Position numbers and translations under genes: made by a program. Positions 10,531 through 20,090 of a stretch of 64,000 nucleotides of DNA are shown piece after piece. Under the pieces are notes generated by a model. The model saw only the letters and a list, made by a program, of their open reading frames with translations. It made no database searches and was not told the origin of the DNA. Source of the DNA: an uncultured Coriobacteriales bacterium (GTDB taxonomy: Bacteria; Actinomycetota; Coriobacteriia; Coriobacteriales; QAMH01); assembly GCA_934646835.1 (NCBI GenBank), contig CAKUES010000006.1, positions 32,533-96,532 of the forward strand, given 5' to 3'. Each line of letters begins with the position of its first letter. The first letter of the stretch is position 1.

Positions 10531-11772
10531 CTACTGAACCGGTGTGCCTATGAGGCAGCCGTTAGCTTCGTCGATGTCGGTGATCTGCATTTCAACGAGA
10601 GAACCAATCGGCAAGTGCTCGGAAAAGCGGACCTCGTGGAAGCTCTCTGCTGTGCCGCGTCCGGGGCGCTCGACGATGACGGACTCGACGGTGCCGACGC
10701 GTTGCTCCATATCCGCGTGTGCCATCTGTCTGCCCAAGGCGGTGAGCTCCTCGACGCGACGTGCCTTGACATGGGGGTCGATTTGGTCTTCGCGCTTGGC
10801 AGCAGGGGTGCCGGGGCGCACGGAGTAGGGGAAGACGTGCAGCTTCATGAAGCCGCATGCACGCACCATCTCGCAGGTGGTGGCAAAGTCCTCGTCTGTC
10901 TCGCCGGGAAAGCCGACGATGATGTCGGTCGAGAGCGCGATGTTGGGGACGGCGGTGCGCAGTCGCTTCACAATCTGCAAGAACTCGTCCGCGTCGTAGT
11001 GGCGTGCCATCTCACGCAAGACCTTGCTGCTGCCGGACTGCAGCACGAGGTGGAGGTGGCGGCAGAGGCGGCCGTTTGCGCTGGCCATGAGCTCGACGAG
11101 CTGCGGCGTCACGCTTTGGGGCTCGATGCTGGGGATGCGGATGCGGCCGACTTGCGTCTGCTCCAAAAGCAGGCGGATCAGGCCGTCGAGTCTCATGTTC
11201 TCCCAGCGGTAGGCGCCGGTGTCGATGCCGACGAGTACGAGCTCTTGCGCGCCGGCATCCACGAGCTCGCGTGTCTGCGCGAGGACGAGCTGCGGGTCTG
11301 TGCTCGTGGCGCGGCCGCGTGCCACATGGACGATGCAGAAGGTGCACGCGTTGTCGCAACCGTCTTGGACCTTTATCTGCCCGCGCGTGCGGAAGCCCTC
11401 GCCGTATGGGGCGCTGCTGCCGGCAGTTTGGGCAGCTTGCTCGAAGAGGAGGTCGAGTGCGCGGTTGGCGACCATCTCCTTGTTTGACTCGCAGATGACG
11501 CGCTCGTCGATTGCCTCGTAGGCGTCTGCGGCGATGTTGATGGCGCAGCCGGTGACGAGCACGGGGCCTTCTTGGCGCTTGAGGGCCTGACGTATGGCCT
11601 TGCGGTTCTTGTGGTCGGCCTCGCCGGTCACAGTGCAGGTGTTGAGCAGCGCGATGTCGGCCTCCTCAAGCGGGGAGGACTCCCATCCTGCGCTCATGAG
11701 CTTGGCGGCGATGGCGTCGGACTCGACGCGGTTGACGCGGCAGCCGTGGGTTGTGATGTGGAACTTGGTCAT
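10531..11772 (-). CDS. mtaB: Radical-SAM methylthiotransferase, MtaB-like (MiaB/RimO family)
   Basis: N-terminal UPF0004 cysteines (TTHGCRVN, LNTCTVT), a radical-SAM CDNACTFC motif and a C-terminal TRAM-like segment. Lies downstream of rsmE, as in the yqeU-yqeV arrangement. Confidence 0.85.
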   Translation of the reverse strand: MTKFHITTHGCRVNRVESDAIAAKLMSAGWESSPLEEADIALLNTCTVTGEADHKNRKAIRQALKRQEGPVLVTGCAINIAADAYEAIDERVICESNKEMVANRALDLLFEQAAQTAGSSAPYGEGFRTRGQIKVQDGCDNACTFCIVHVARGRATSTDPQLVLAQTRELVDAGAQELVLVGIDTGAYRWENMRLDGLIRLLLEQTQVGRIRIPSIEPQSVTPQLVELMASANGRLCRHLHLVLQSGSSKVLREMARHYDADEFLQIVKRLRTAVPNIALSTDIIVGFPGETDEDFATTCEMVRACGFMKLHVFPYSVRPGTPAAKREDQIDPHVKARRVEELTALGRQMAHADMEQRVGTVESVIVERPGRGTAESFHEVRFSEHLPIGSLVEMQITDIDEANGCLIGTPVQ

Positions 11773-11854
11773 TGGCTATCCCTGATACTGAGCGGGGGCG
11801 GGACTTGGTCCCGCCCCCGTGGCGTTGATGTGGAGCTGTGTGCTGTCGGTGGGT

Positions 11855-12664
11855 TTACTCGGCAGGGGTCTCGTCGTCGAAGTGCTGAGCGCCCAGGCCA
11901 CCTAGGCCGTACATGGTCAGTGCGCATGCGACGGTGCCTGCGGTCTCCGTGCGGAGGATGAGGCTGCCGAGCGTGACGACCTTGACCTGGTCGCCGACTG
12001 CCTTGAAAGCGTCGACTTCGCGCTTGGATAGGCCGCCTTCGGGGCCGATGACGAGCGCGACGCGGCTGTTGATGTCGCAGTTGGGCTCCTCGCGCAGGGC
12101 CTTGTCAACGGAGAGCGCGTAGCCCTCTGCGTCGAGGTCTGCCTCCTCCCAGGCGATGATGACGCGGTCGAAGCTCTTGAGCTCCTCGCAGATGTCCTCG
12201 ATGCTCGTGGGGTCCTCGACGGTGGGCAGGATGGTGCGGCCGGACTGCTTGGCTGCAGACAGCGCAATGCGGCGCCAGCGCTCGCCCTTGTAGCCGCCCT
12301 CATCCTTGCGCAGGCGCACGATGGAGCGCTCTGCCAGGAAGGGGATGATGCGCTCGATGCCGAGCTCTGTGGTCTGGCGGATGGTCTGACCCATGCGGTC
12401 GCCCTTGGAGATGCCCTGCACGAGCGTGAGGTGCGGCAGGCGCTTGATGGGCAGGGGAGCCACGATGCGGCCGGTCACGCGCTCATTGTCGATGTAGGTG
12501 ATCTCGACTTCCCAGGCGCGGCGGCCTTCGGAGAAGCACGCGATGTGCTCGCCGACCTCGCAGCGTCGCACGTTGATGTGGCGCAGCTCGGAGGAGTTGA
12601 AGGGAAGCGCAACCTCGCCGTCGTCGGGCAGCGGGGTCTCGATAAAGAAGCGGGGCAGGGACAT
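11855..12664 (-). CDS. rsmE: 16S rRNA (uracil1498-N3)-methyltransferase
   Basis: MSLPRFF...H..VRR N-terminus, LVQGISKGDRM, and C-terminal LVIGPEGGLSKREV...LGSLILRTETA SPOUT motifs. ATG 12664 has an AGGAG RBS. Confidence 0.85.
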   Translation of the reverse strand: MSLPRFFIETPLPDDGEVALPFNSSELRHINVRRCEVGEHIACFSEGRRAWEVEITYIDNERVTGRIVAPLPIKRLPHLTLVQGISKGDRMGQTIRQTTELGIERIIPFLAERSIVRLRKDEGGYKGERWRRIALSAAKQSGRTILPTVEDPTSIEDICEELKSFDRVIIAWEEADLDAEGYALSVDKALREEPNCDINSRVALVIGPEGGLSKREVDAFKAVGDQVKVVTLGSLILRTETAGTVACALTMYGLGGLGAQHFDDETPAE

Positions 12665-12869
12665 GTATTCTCCTATCACCATGGTAAGAACGCGCATATT
12701 GTACCGTGTCAGGCGGCATGTTATAGTGGCAAGAACCTCGAAGGCTCAATGTCTTCGGTATCTGTTCTCGTAACGCCAATCCCATGCAACATTTTCCCGT
12801 ATGCGACATGCTGCGGGTTTGCTCGTGGTTTGGCGCGTGTTCAATCCCACTCTAACTTAAGGAGCATCC

Positions 12870-13532
12870 ATGAAGTTTTTCCTGGATACCGCAAACCTCG
12901 ATGAGATCGCAGAGATTGCATCTTGGGGCGCACTCGCCGGTGTCACCACCAACCCCTCTCTCTACGCCAAGATCGGCGGCAAGCTGGAGGACTTCCAGGA
13001 TCACCTGAAGAAGATCTGCGAGCTCGTCGACGGCCCCGTCTCCGGCGAGGTCACCGGTGAGACCCGCGAGGAGATGATCGCCGAGGGCCGTGAGCTCGCC
13101 GCTCTGGCAGACAACCTCGTCGTCAAGATTCCGATGACCGCAGAGGGTCTGGCCGCATGCCGCGCACTGTCCGATGAGGGCATCGACGTCAACATGACGC
13201 TGGTCTTCACCGTCGCCCAGGCTTTGCTCGCCGCCAATGCCGGTGCTCGCTACATCAGCCCCTTCGTCGGCCGCTTCGACGACATCTGCGAGAACGGCGT
13301 CGCACAGCTCGAGGAGGTTGTCGCTGCGATCAACAACTACGACTTTGGCCATGAGGTCGAGATCATCGCAGCTTCCGTCCGCAGCGCAAACCACGTGCGC
13401 GAGGCAGCTCTCATGGGCGCAGACATCGCAACCGTGCCCTACGCCGCAATGAAGAAGTGCGTTTTGCATCCGCTGACCGACCAGGGTCTCGCAAAGTTCG
13501 CCGCTGACTGGGCAAAGGTCGTTAACGGCTAA
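12870..13532 (+). CDS. tal: Transaldolase type 3B / fructose-6-phosphate aldolase family
   Basis: MKFFLDTANLDEI, GVTTNPSL, VVKIPMT (Schiff-base Lys), ISPFVGR. 220 aa. Confidence 0.9.
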   Translation: MKFFLDTANLDEIAEIASWGALAGVTTNPSLYAKIGGKLEDFQDHLKKICELVDGPVSGEVTGETREEMIAEGRELAALADNLVVKIPMTAEGLAACRALSDEGIDVNMTLVFTVAQALLAANAGARYISPFVGRFDDICENGVAQLEEVVAAINNYDFGHEVEIIAASVRSANHVREAALMGADIATVPYAAMKKCVLHPLTDQGLAKFAADWAKVVNG

Positions 13533-16042
13533 TGGCCCAAGTAGAAGACAACAAGAGCGCGGCAGCCGAGGAGGCTTTCAAGCCCCGTCCTCGTCGTAAG
13601 ATGACCGAGGAGCAGAAGGCTGCCGCTGCCGCCAAGCGCCGCGCCACTATCGCCGCTAAGAAGGCGGCGGCAGCGGCCGCGGAGGCCGGCGAGCTCAAGG
13701 CCAAACAGGCGGATGCCAAGAAGCCCGCCGACGCCGACAAGCCCGCCGCCGCAAGGACCAAGAAGGCAGCTACCGAGCCTGTCAAGGCGCAGGACGGAAA
13801 GCCCGAGCCTGCAAAGGCGCCGTCTGCCGACAAGCCCGCCGAGCTTGCAAAGACTACGGCAGCAACCAAGCCCGCTGCAAAGGAGCAGACCCTCGCTCCG
13901 GTCGAGGCTGCCAAGCCCGCAGCCGACAAGCCCGAGGCGCAGGACAAACCCGCCGCTGCCAAGGCAGCCAAAGAAGAGCCCGCGGCAAAGGCCGAGGCCG
14001 CAAAGCCCGCGCAGGCAGATAGCGATGCCCAGGCTGACAAACCCCAGGCCGCCAAGAAGCCCGCTCGCCGCAGCACCAAGTCCGCTGCAAAGCCTGCCGC
14101 CAAGGCAGCAGACGCCGCAGGCGATGGCAAGGATGCCGCCGAGGCTCCCAAGCCCCGTCGCGGCCGCCCTCGCTTGAGCGAGGAGGAGAAGGCTCGCCGC
14201 AAGGCCGAGCGCGAGGCCATCAAGAAGGCCGCCCTCGAGGCTGCCGCAGCAGCAGAGGCAAAGTCCGCCGAGGACAAGCCCGCAGATGCCGCTGCAGAGT
14301 CTAAGCCTGACAGACCCGCCAAGGGTTCCAAGGCCGCTAAGGGCGCCAAGTCCGCGGCAGGGAAGAAGGCGGACGAGGCCGCACCCACATCCGAGGAAAA
14401 GCCTGCTGACGCTACTGCCGAGGCCACCTCTGAGAATCCCACGGAACCCAATAACGCCGACGAGGGCAAGCCCTATCGCCGCAACAATCGCCGTCGCAGG
14501 CGCATCGAGCTCGACAGCAACAAGGGCGACAAGTCCGCAGCCTCCGACAAGGAGGCCAAGGGCGAGGACAAGCCCGCTGTTGAGGGCGAGGCAAACGCGG
14601 AGGATGAAAAGGCCAAGGACAAGCCCGAAGGCGCGGAGGAGGGCTCCAAGCAAGAGGGCGAGTCCAACGACAACCAGGGTCGCAACAACGACCGCTACCG
14701 CGACCGCCGCAACAATCGCCGCAAGAACCGCAACCGCAAGGAACGCCGCGAGATTGTTCCCTCTGCGACGCGCGATGAGCTTGCAACGCTGGAGGACGAG
14801 GATCTCCAGGCAAAGGCAGTCGAGCTCGGCGTGGACCCGACGGAGTACGGTGAGCGCGACGACCTCGTGAGCGCCGTCTACGATGCATTGCTCCAAGCTG
14901 AGGGTTTCGTCATGGTCGACGGCATCCTCGACCTCATGCCCGATGGCTACGGCTTCATCCGCACCAACGGCTACCTTGCCGGCGAGCACGACGTCTACGT
15001 CGGCGCCAGCATGGTGCGCCGCAACGCGCTGCGTCGCGGCGACTACATCGCTGGCCGCGTGCGCCCTGCCCGCGAGAACGAGAAGTACCCTGCTCTCAAC
15101 ATGATCGTCTCCCTTAACGGCGAGCCCTTCGAGGGCCCGACGCATCGCGTCAAGTTCGCCCAGCTCACCCCGGTCTACCCGGACGAGCGCCTGATCATGG
15201 AGCACGGCCACAACACCTACACGGCCCGCGCGATTGATTTGGTCGCCCCCATCGGCAAGGGTCAGCGCGGTCTGATCGTCAGCCCGCCTAAGGCCGGCAA
15301 AACGACGGTCCTCAAGGACATCGCCGCTGCCATCAGCGCCAACAACCCCGAGGTCCACCTCATGTGCCTGCTCGTCGACGAGCGCCCTGAGGAAGTCACG
15401 GATATGGAGCGCAGCATCGACGGCGAGGTCATCTCGTCGACCTTCGACATGCCGTGTGAGAACCATATCGCCGTGGCCGAGCTCGTCATCGAGCGCGCCA
15501 AGCGCCTCGTCGAGCAGGGCCAAGACGTCGTCATCTTGCTCGACTCGATCACGCGCCTTGCCCGTGCCTACAACCTGGGCACCCCGGCTACCGGCCGCAT
15601 CTTGTCCGGCGGCGTCGACTCTGGTGCGCTCTATCCGCCCAAGCGCTTCTTGGGTGCAGCGCGCAACATTGAAAACGGCGGCTCGCTCACTATCCTGGGC
15701 ACCGCACTCGTCGACACCGGTTCCAAGATGGACGAGGTCATCTTCGAGGAGTTCAAGGGCACCGGCAACATGGAGCTCAAACTCGACCGCCAGCTGGCAG
15801 ACCGCCGCATCTTCCCTGCGATCGATCCGGTTGTCTCCGGCACCCGCAAGGAGGAGCTGTTGCTCGATCCGCAGGAGGCTCCGCTCATCTGGGGTCTGCG
15901 TCGTCTGATGGCGAACATGAACAACACGGAGCGCGCGATGGACATGCTCGTCAAGAGCCTGCGCCAGACCGATAACAACCGCGAGTTCCTGATCAAGAGC
16001 GCCAAGAAGGCCAACAAGAACAACGTCGGCGCCAACCTGTAA
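13532..16042 (+). CDS. rho: Transcription termination factor Rho with an N-terminal low-complexity extension of about 410 aa
   Basis: The C-terminal ~420 aa are canonical Rho: Rho_N LEDEDLQAKAVELG, cold-shock-like GYGFIR, Walker A SPPKAGKTT, and LDSITRLARAYN. The start ATG overlaps the tal stop (TAATG). Confidence 0.95.
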   Translation: MAQVEDNKSAAAEEAFKPRPRRKMTEEQKAAAAAKRRATIAAKKAAAAAAEAGELKAKQADAKKPADADKPAAARTKKAATEPVKAQDGKPEPAKAPSADKPAELAKTTAATKPAAKEQTLAPVEAAKPAADKPEAQDKPAAAKAAKEEPAAKAEAAKPAQADSDAQADKPQAAKKPARRSTKSAAKPAAKAADAAGDGKDAAEAPKPRRGRPRLSEEEKARRKAEREAIKKAALEAAAAAEAKSAEDKPADAAAESKPDRPAKGSKAAKGAKSAAGKKADEAAPTSEEKPADATAEATSENPTEPNNADEGKPYRRNNRRRRRIELDSNKGDKSAASDKEAKGEDKPAVEGEANAEDEKAKDKPEGAEEGSKQEGESNDNQGRNNDRYRDRRNNRRKNRNRKERREIVPSATRDELATLEDEDLQAKAVELGVDPTEYGERDDLVSAVYDALLQAEGFVMVDGILDLMPDGYGFIRTNGYLAGEHDVYVGASMVRRNALRRGDYIAGRVRPARENEKYPALNMIVSLNGEPFEGPTHRVKFAQLTPVYPDERLIMEHGHNTYTARAIDLVAPIGKGQRGLIVSPPKAGKTTVLKDIAAAISANNPEVHLMCLLVDERPEEVTDMERSIDGEVISSTFDMPCENHIAVAELVIERAKRLVEQGQDVVILLDSITRLARAYNLGTPATGRILSGGVDSGALYPPKRFLGAARNIENGGSLTILGTALVDTGSKMDEVIFEEFKGTGNMELKLDRQLADRRIFPAIDPVVSGTRKEELLLDPQEAPLIWGLRRLMANMNNTERAMDMLVKSLRQTDNNREFLIKSAKKANKNNVGANL

Positions 16043-16058
16043 GGCTTGCATCGACGGC

Positions 16059-16100
16059 AAAGCGAGCGGTAGGGGAAGCACCTTGCCGCTCGCTTTCTTG
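16059..16100 (+). terminator. Putative terminator after rho
   Basis: 11-bp stem AAAGCGAGCGG / CCGCTCGCTTT followed by CTTGTTG (weak T-tract). Confidence 0.5.
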
Positions 16101-16231
16101 TTGCGTGTGCAAGACGGCTCGGCGCTGCGTCATTAGGGGGACAAGGTGAGCGCATGGGTTTGCAGGCGGGTCTGCCATCCTCATAAGCGCGCTTTCTGCC
16201 GCTCGCCGAGCGTTGTGACGAATTCTTAATC

Positions 16232-16293
16232 AGTAACACATGATTCCTCCATACTCTGTTACTCTGGTAACACGAAATAACCAATCGTGTTAC
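16232..16293 (+). promoter_or_regulatory. Candidate operator: two inverted repeats built on a GTAACA half-site, just upstream of the ABC-transporter RBS
   Basis: AGTAACA-N18-TGTTACT (16232-16264) and GTAACACG-N11-CGTGTTAC (16267-16293). The same half-sites recur at 18071-18077 and 18141-18146. Confidence 0.35.
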
Positions 16294-16303
16294 TTAGAGA
16301 GGA

Positions 16304-17947
16304 ATGCAGATGCAGATTCTCACCCGCCGCGGGTTCGTCAAGATGGCAGGACTCGCCTCCGCTGCCGGCATCGCCGGCATGTCCCTTGCAGGTTGCGGCT
16401 CCAACCAGGAGACCAAGGGCGCAGGCGACACCCCCACCAAGGTCGTCGTTGCCATGAGCACGAGCTCCGAGCCTGCAGCTGGCTTCGACCCCTGCATTGC
16501 ATGGGGCTGCGGCGAGCATGTTCACGAGCCGCTGATCCAGTCCACCCTCATTACGACTGACATCAACCTTGAGTTCGTCAACGACCTCGCAACCGAGTAC
16601 TCCTGCAGCGACGACGGCCTCACCTGGACCTTCAAGATCCGCGACGACGTCAAGTTCACCGATGGCGAGCCCCTGACCGCCAAGGACGTCGCCTTTACCA
16701 TTAACACCATCAACGAGTCCAAGAAGTCCCAGGCAGACCTCTCTTCCGTCAAGAAGGCCGTCGCTGTGGACGACACCACCGTCGAGTTCCACATGAGCAA
16801 GCCCAACAACACGCTGCTCTACACGCTCGCAGTCGTCGGCATCGTCCCCGAGCACGCCTATGACAACAACTACGGCGCTGCTCCTATCGGCAGCGGCCGT
16901 TACAAGATGGTGCAGTGGGATAAGGGCCAGCAGGTCATCTTCGAGGCCAACCCGGATTATTATGGCGAGCCCGTCAAGATGCAGCAGCTCGTTGTCGTCT
17001 TCATGGACGAGGACGCGGCGCTGGCTGGCTGCCAGGCCGGCGAGATCGATATCGCTTATACTTCTGCCACCATGTACGACAGCGTGCCCGAGGGCTACGA
17101 GCTGTTGAGCTGCAAGTCTGTCGACTCCCGCGGCATCAGCCTGCCGACCCTCAAGGCCGGCTCTCCTCAGCGCGTGGGCATGGACGGCGAGAAGCACGAG
17201 GTCGGCAACGACGTTACCTGCGATATCGCCATTCGCCGCGCTATCAACCTCGCAGTCGACCGCGAGAAGATGATCACCAACGTCCTCAACGGCTACGGCA
17301 CCGTTGCCTACAGCGTCGGCGACGGCCTGCCCTGGTCTAGCGACGACATGCGCGTCGACATGGATGTCGAGGCAGCCAAGAAGATGCTCGACGAGGCCGG
17401 CTGGAAGCTCGACGGCGATTTTCGCTCCAAGGACGGCGTGAAGGCCAGCTTCGATCTGTACTACGCAGCAAACGACTCCTCCCGCCAGGCCATGTCCTAT
17501 GAGTTCGCCAACCAGATGGCCGAGATCGGCATCGAGGTCAAGTGCAAGGGTGGCGACTGGGACACGGAGCTGTACCCGCACGAGTTCGACACGCCCATCC
17601 TGTGGGGCTGGGGTTCCAATTCTCCGGTCGAGATGTACGAGATCCACTACTCCACCGGTTGGGGCAACGTCGCCGCTTATGACAGCAAGACGGTCGACAA
17701 GCACCTCGACGCCGCACTTGCCGAGACCAAGATCGAGAACTCCTACGACGACTACAAGCTCGCCATGTGGGACGAGGCTGCCCAGGACGGCGTTGCGCCC
17801 AAGGGCCAGGCCACGTGGGTTTGGCTTGCCAACATCGACCACCTGTACTTCCAGAAGTCCGGCCTGGACGTTGCCGCCCAGAAGCCGCATCCCCATGGCC
17901 ATGGCTGGTCGCTCGTCAACAACGTCGATCAGTGGAGCTGGAAGTAG
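16304..17947 (+). CDS. ABC transporter substrate-binding lipoprotein, family 5 (peptide/nickel/opine type), Tat-exported
   Basis: Twin-arginine signal TRRGFVK plus lipobox LAGC. The 547-aa body has family-5 SBP features (FTDGEPLTAKDV, ANPDYYG). Confidence 0.85.
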   Translation: MQMQILTRRGFVKMAGLASAAGIAGMSLAGCGSNQETKGAGDTPTKVVVAMSTSSEPAAGFDPCIAWGCGEHVHEPLIQSTLITTDINLEFVNDLATEYSCSDDGLTWTFKIRDDVKFTDGEPLTAKDVAFTINTINESKKSQADLSSVKKAVAVDDTTVEFHMSKPNNTLLYTLAVVGIVPEHAYDNNYGAAPIGSGRYKMVQWDKGQQVIFEANPDYYGEPVKMQQLVVVFMDEDAALAGCQAGEIDIAYTSATMYDSVPEGYELLSCKSVDSRGISLPTLKAGSPQRVGMDGEKHEVGNDVTCDIAIRRAINLAVDREKMITNVLNGYGTVAYSVGDGLPWSSDDMRVDMDVEAAKKMLDEAGWKLDGDFRSKDGVKASFDLYYAANDSSRQAMSYEFANQMAEIGIEVKCKGGDWDTELYPHEFDTPILWGWGSNSPVEMYEIHYSTGWGNVAAYDSKTVDKHLDAALAETKIENSYDDYKLAMWDEAAQDGVAPKGQATWVWLANIDHLYFQKSGLDVAAQKPHPHGHGWSLVNNVDQWSWK

Positions 17948-17977
17948 GCTTCTCTAGATAACCCAACAAGTGTGAGA

Positions 17978-18008
17978 GCACGCCCCGTGTGCCAGTCACG
18001 GGGCGTGC
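17978..18008 (+). terminator. Perfect 12-bp stem-loop between the SBP and permease genes (attenuator or mRNA stabiliser)
   Basis: GCACGCCCCGTG-N7-CACGGGGCGTGC. No T-tract. Confidence 0.4.
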
Positions 18009-18169
18009 GCATATCTGGCAATCGAACGGCTGCGGTCAGGCCTTTATGTGTGTGAAGGATCGCTGGGATTGTGTTACGGGGCCGTTGGACGAAAAAGCCC
18101 TGACTACAGTCGTTCGAGCAGGCGTTGTCTGTTTCCATCGGTAACAAGCTGCCTTAGGGCGGCTGCTTT

Positions 18170-19180
18170 GTGAAAGCCGGAGAGAAAGGTGCTCCTTTGG
18201 CTCGTTTCATTGCGAAAAACATCGTGAAGTTTGCGCTGCTCATGCTCGCCGTGAGCTTCGTGTGCTTTGCGCTGGTGTCTGCGTCACCCATCGACCCCGT
18301 CCAGGCCAACGTCGGCCAGAACGCGATGATGGGCATGAGCGCTGAACGCCGCGCCCAGCTCGCGTCTTACTGGGGCACTGATACCGGCTTCATCGAGCGC
18401 TATACCAGTTGGGCTGCCGCTTTTGTCACGGGTGACTGGGGCACTTCGCTGCGCTTCAACGCGCCGGTGACGGAGGTCATCGCCCACAAGGCCGTCAACT
18501 CCCTGGCGATGATGACGGTGGCGTGGCTGCTGTCCGGTGTCCTCGGCTTCATCTTGGGCGTCGCCGCCGGCGCCAAGCGCGGAGGTCTGCTCGACCGCTT
18601 CGTCAAGGGCTACTGCTATCTGCTTGCCTCGACCCCGACCTTCTGGATCGGTCTGCTCGTGCTCATGGTCTTTGCCGTCAATTTGCGCTGGTTCCCCATG
18701 GGCTTCTCGATCCCCATCGGGGTCTCTGCAGCCGACGCGACCATCTTCCAGTCGCTGCACTGCATGGTGCTGCCCGCACTGACCTTGTCGCTCGTGGGCG
18801 TTGCCAACATCGCCTTGCACACCCGCGAGAAGACCATCGACGTCTTGGAGTCCGATTACATCCGCTTTGCGCGCTCGCGTGGCCTGAGCCTTTGGGAGGC
18901 CTTGCGCCACCACGGTTTGCGAAATCTCATGCTCCCTGCGCTGACCTTGCAGTTTGCCTCCATCTCGGAGATTTTTGGCGGCTCGGTTCTGGTCGAGCAG
19001 GTGTTCTCCTATCCCGGTTTGGGCCAGGCAGCCGTTACAGCGGGCCTTGGTGGAGACGCGGCGCTGCTCGTCGGCATCGCGCTTGTCAGCGCTGCGCTCG
19101 TGTTCGCTGGAAACCTGATCGCCAACATCCTCTATGGCGTTGTCGATCCCCGCATCAAGGAAGGGGAGGCTCATGTCTAG
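18170..19180 (+). CDS. ABC transporter permease (DppB/NikB-like)
   Basis: Six hydrophobic segments and an EAA-type loop region (DYIRFARSRGLS). The start is uncertain: GTG 18170 or in-frame TTG 18197. Confidence 0.85.
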   Translation: MKAGEKGAPLARFIAKNIVKFALLMLAVSFVCFALVSASPIDPVQANVGQNAMMGMSAERRAQLASYWGTDTGFIERYTSWAAAFVTGDWGTSLRFNAPVTEVIAHKAVNSLAMMTVAWLLSGVLGFILGVAAGAKRGGLLDRFVKGYCYLLASTPTFWIGLLVLMVFAVNLRWFPMGFSIPIGVSAADATIFQSLHCMVLPALTLSLVGVANIALHTREKTIDVLESDYIRFARSRGLSLWEALRHHGLRNLMLPALTLQFASISEIFGGSVLVEQVFSYPGLGQAAVTAGLGGDAALLVGIALVSAALVFAGNLIANILYGVVDPRIKEGEAHV

Positions 19181-20078
19181 CAAAACCGCAACATCCGCGT
19201 TCCTCTCCCTGGACCGCGATATCTCGCCTGTTCTCTACCGCCCGAGCGAGCGTGCCCTTAAGGCAGGCAATCGCAAGAAGACGCTCGTCACCTGCGTCGT
19301 CGCTGCCGTGGTGCTTGTCGTGGTCGTTATCGCGGGCTTGCTTGCGCAAGACGCCGCGCAGGTGTCGGACTTCACCGCGAAGAGCCTCGCGCCTTCCCTG
19401 CAGCATCTCTTTGGCACCGACGCCATGGGCCGCGACATGCTCTGCCGCACGGTCGCAGGCTTGTCCACGAGCGTGCTGATCGGCCTGCTCGCCGCCTTTT
19501 GCTCCTCGGTCATCGCCCTTATCCTCGGCTGCGCTGCGGCTCTTGGCGGCAAGAAGGTCGACGCTGTCGTCACCTGGCTTGTCGATCTGTGCATGGGCAT
19601 CCCGCATATCGTGCTGCTCATCCTCATCAGCTATGCGCTCGGCAAGGGCTTTTGGGGTGTGACGATCGGTGTCGCCATCACGCACTGGCCGAGCCTTACG
19701 CGCGTTATCCGCGCGGAGGTCTTGCAGGTCAAGCAGTCCCAGTATGTGGCTGTCGCTCGACAACTCGGCGTGAGCCCGCTGCGCATCGCCGCCAAGCACG
19801 TGCTCCCGTACGTGCTGCCGCAGTATCTCGTCGGCCTCATCTTGCTCTTCCCCCATGCGATCTTGCATGAGGCATCCATCACCTTCTTGGGCTTTGGCCT
19901 GTCTCCCGAGGCACCGGCCATCGGCATCATCTTGAGCGAGTCCATGAAGTATTTGAGCAGCGGTATGTGGTGGCTCGCGCTTTTCCCCGGTATCGCGCTC
20001 ATCGTCACCGTCTTGCTCTTCGACGTCGCCGGCTCTGGCTTGCGACGCCTTATCGACCCGCATAGCGCTCAGGAATAG
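19173..20078 (+). CDS. ABC transporter permease (DppC/NikC-like)
   Basis: LFGTDAMGRDM motif, membrane segments, QYVAVARQLGVS EAA loop. ATG 19173 has an AAGGGGAGG RBS and overlaps the upstream stop. Confidence 0.85.
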   Translation: MSSKTATSAFLSLDRDISPVLYRPSERALKAGNRKKTLVTCVVAAVVLVVVVIAGLLAQDAAQVSDFTAKSLAPSLQHLFGTDAMGRDMLCRTVAGLSTSVLIGLLAAFCSSVIALILGCAAALGGKKVDAVVTWLVDLCMGIPHIVLLILISYALGKGFWGVTIGVAITHWPSLTRVIRAEVLQVKQSQYVAVARQLGVSPLRIAAKHVLPYVLPQYLVGLILLFPHAILHEASITFLGFGLSPEAPAIGIILSESMKYLSSGMWWLALFPGIALIVTVLLFDVAGSGLRRLIDPHSAQE

Positions 20079-20090
20079 GAGGTGCGCGAT

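Noticed and set aside
13529-16081. 850-aa minus-strand ORF (and the 315-aa ORF 13522-14469) antisense to rho
   Set aside because: This is a shadow ORF with repetitive G/L/A/C-rich translation. The + strand frame carries all the Rho motifs and a coherent start overlapping the tal stop.
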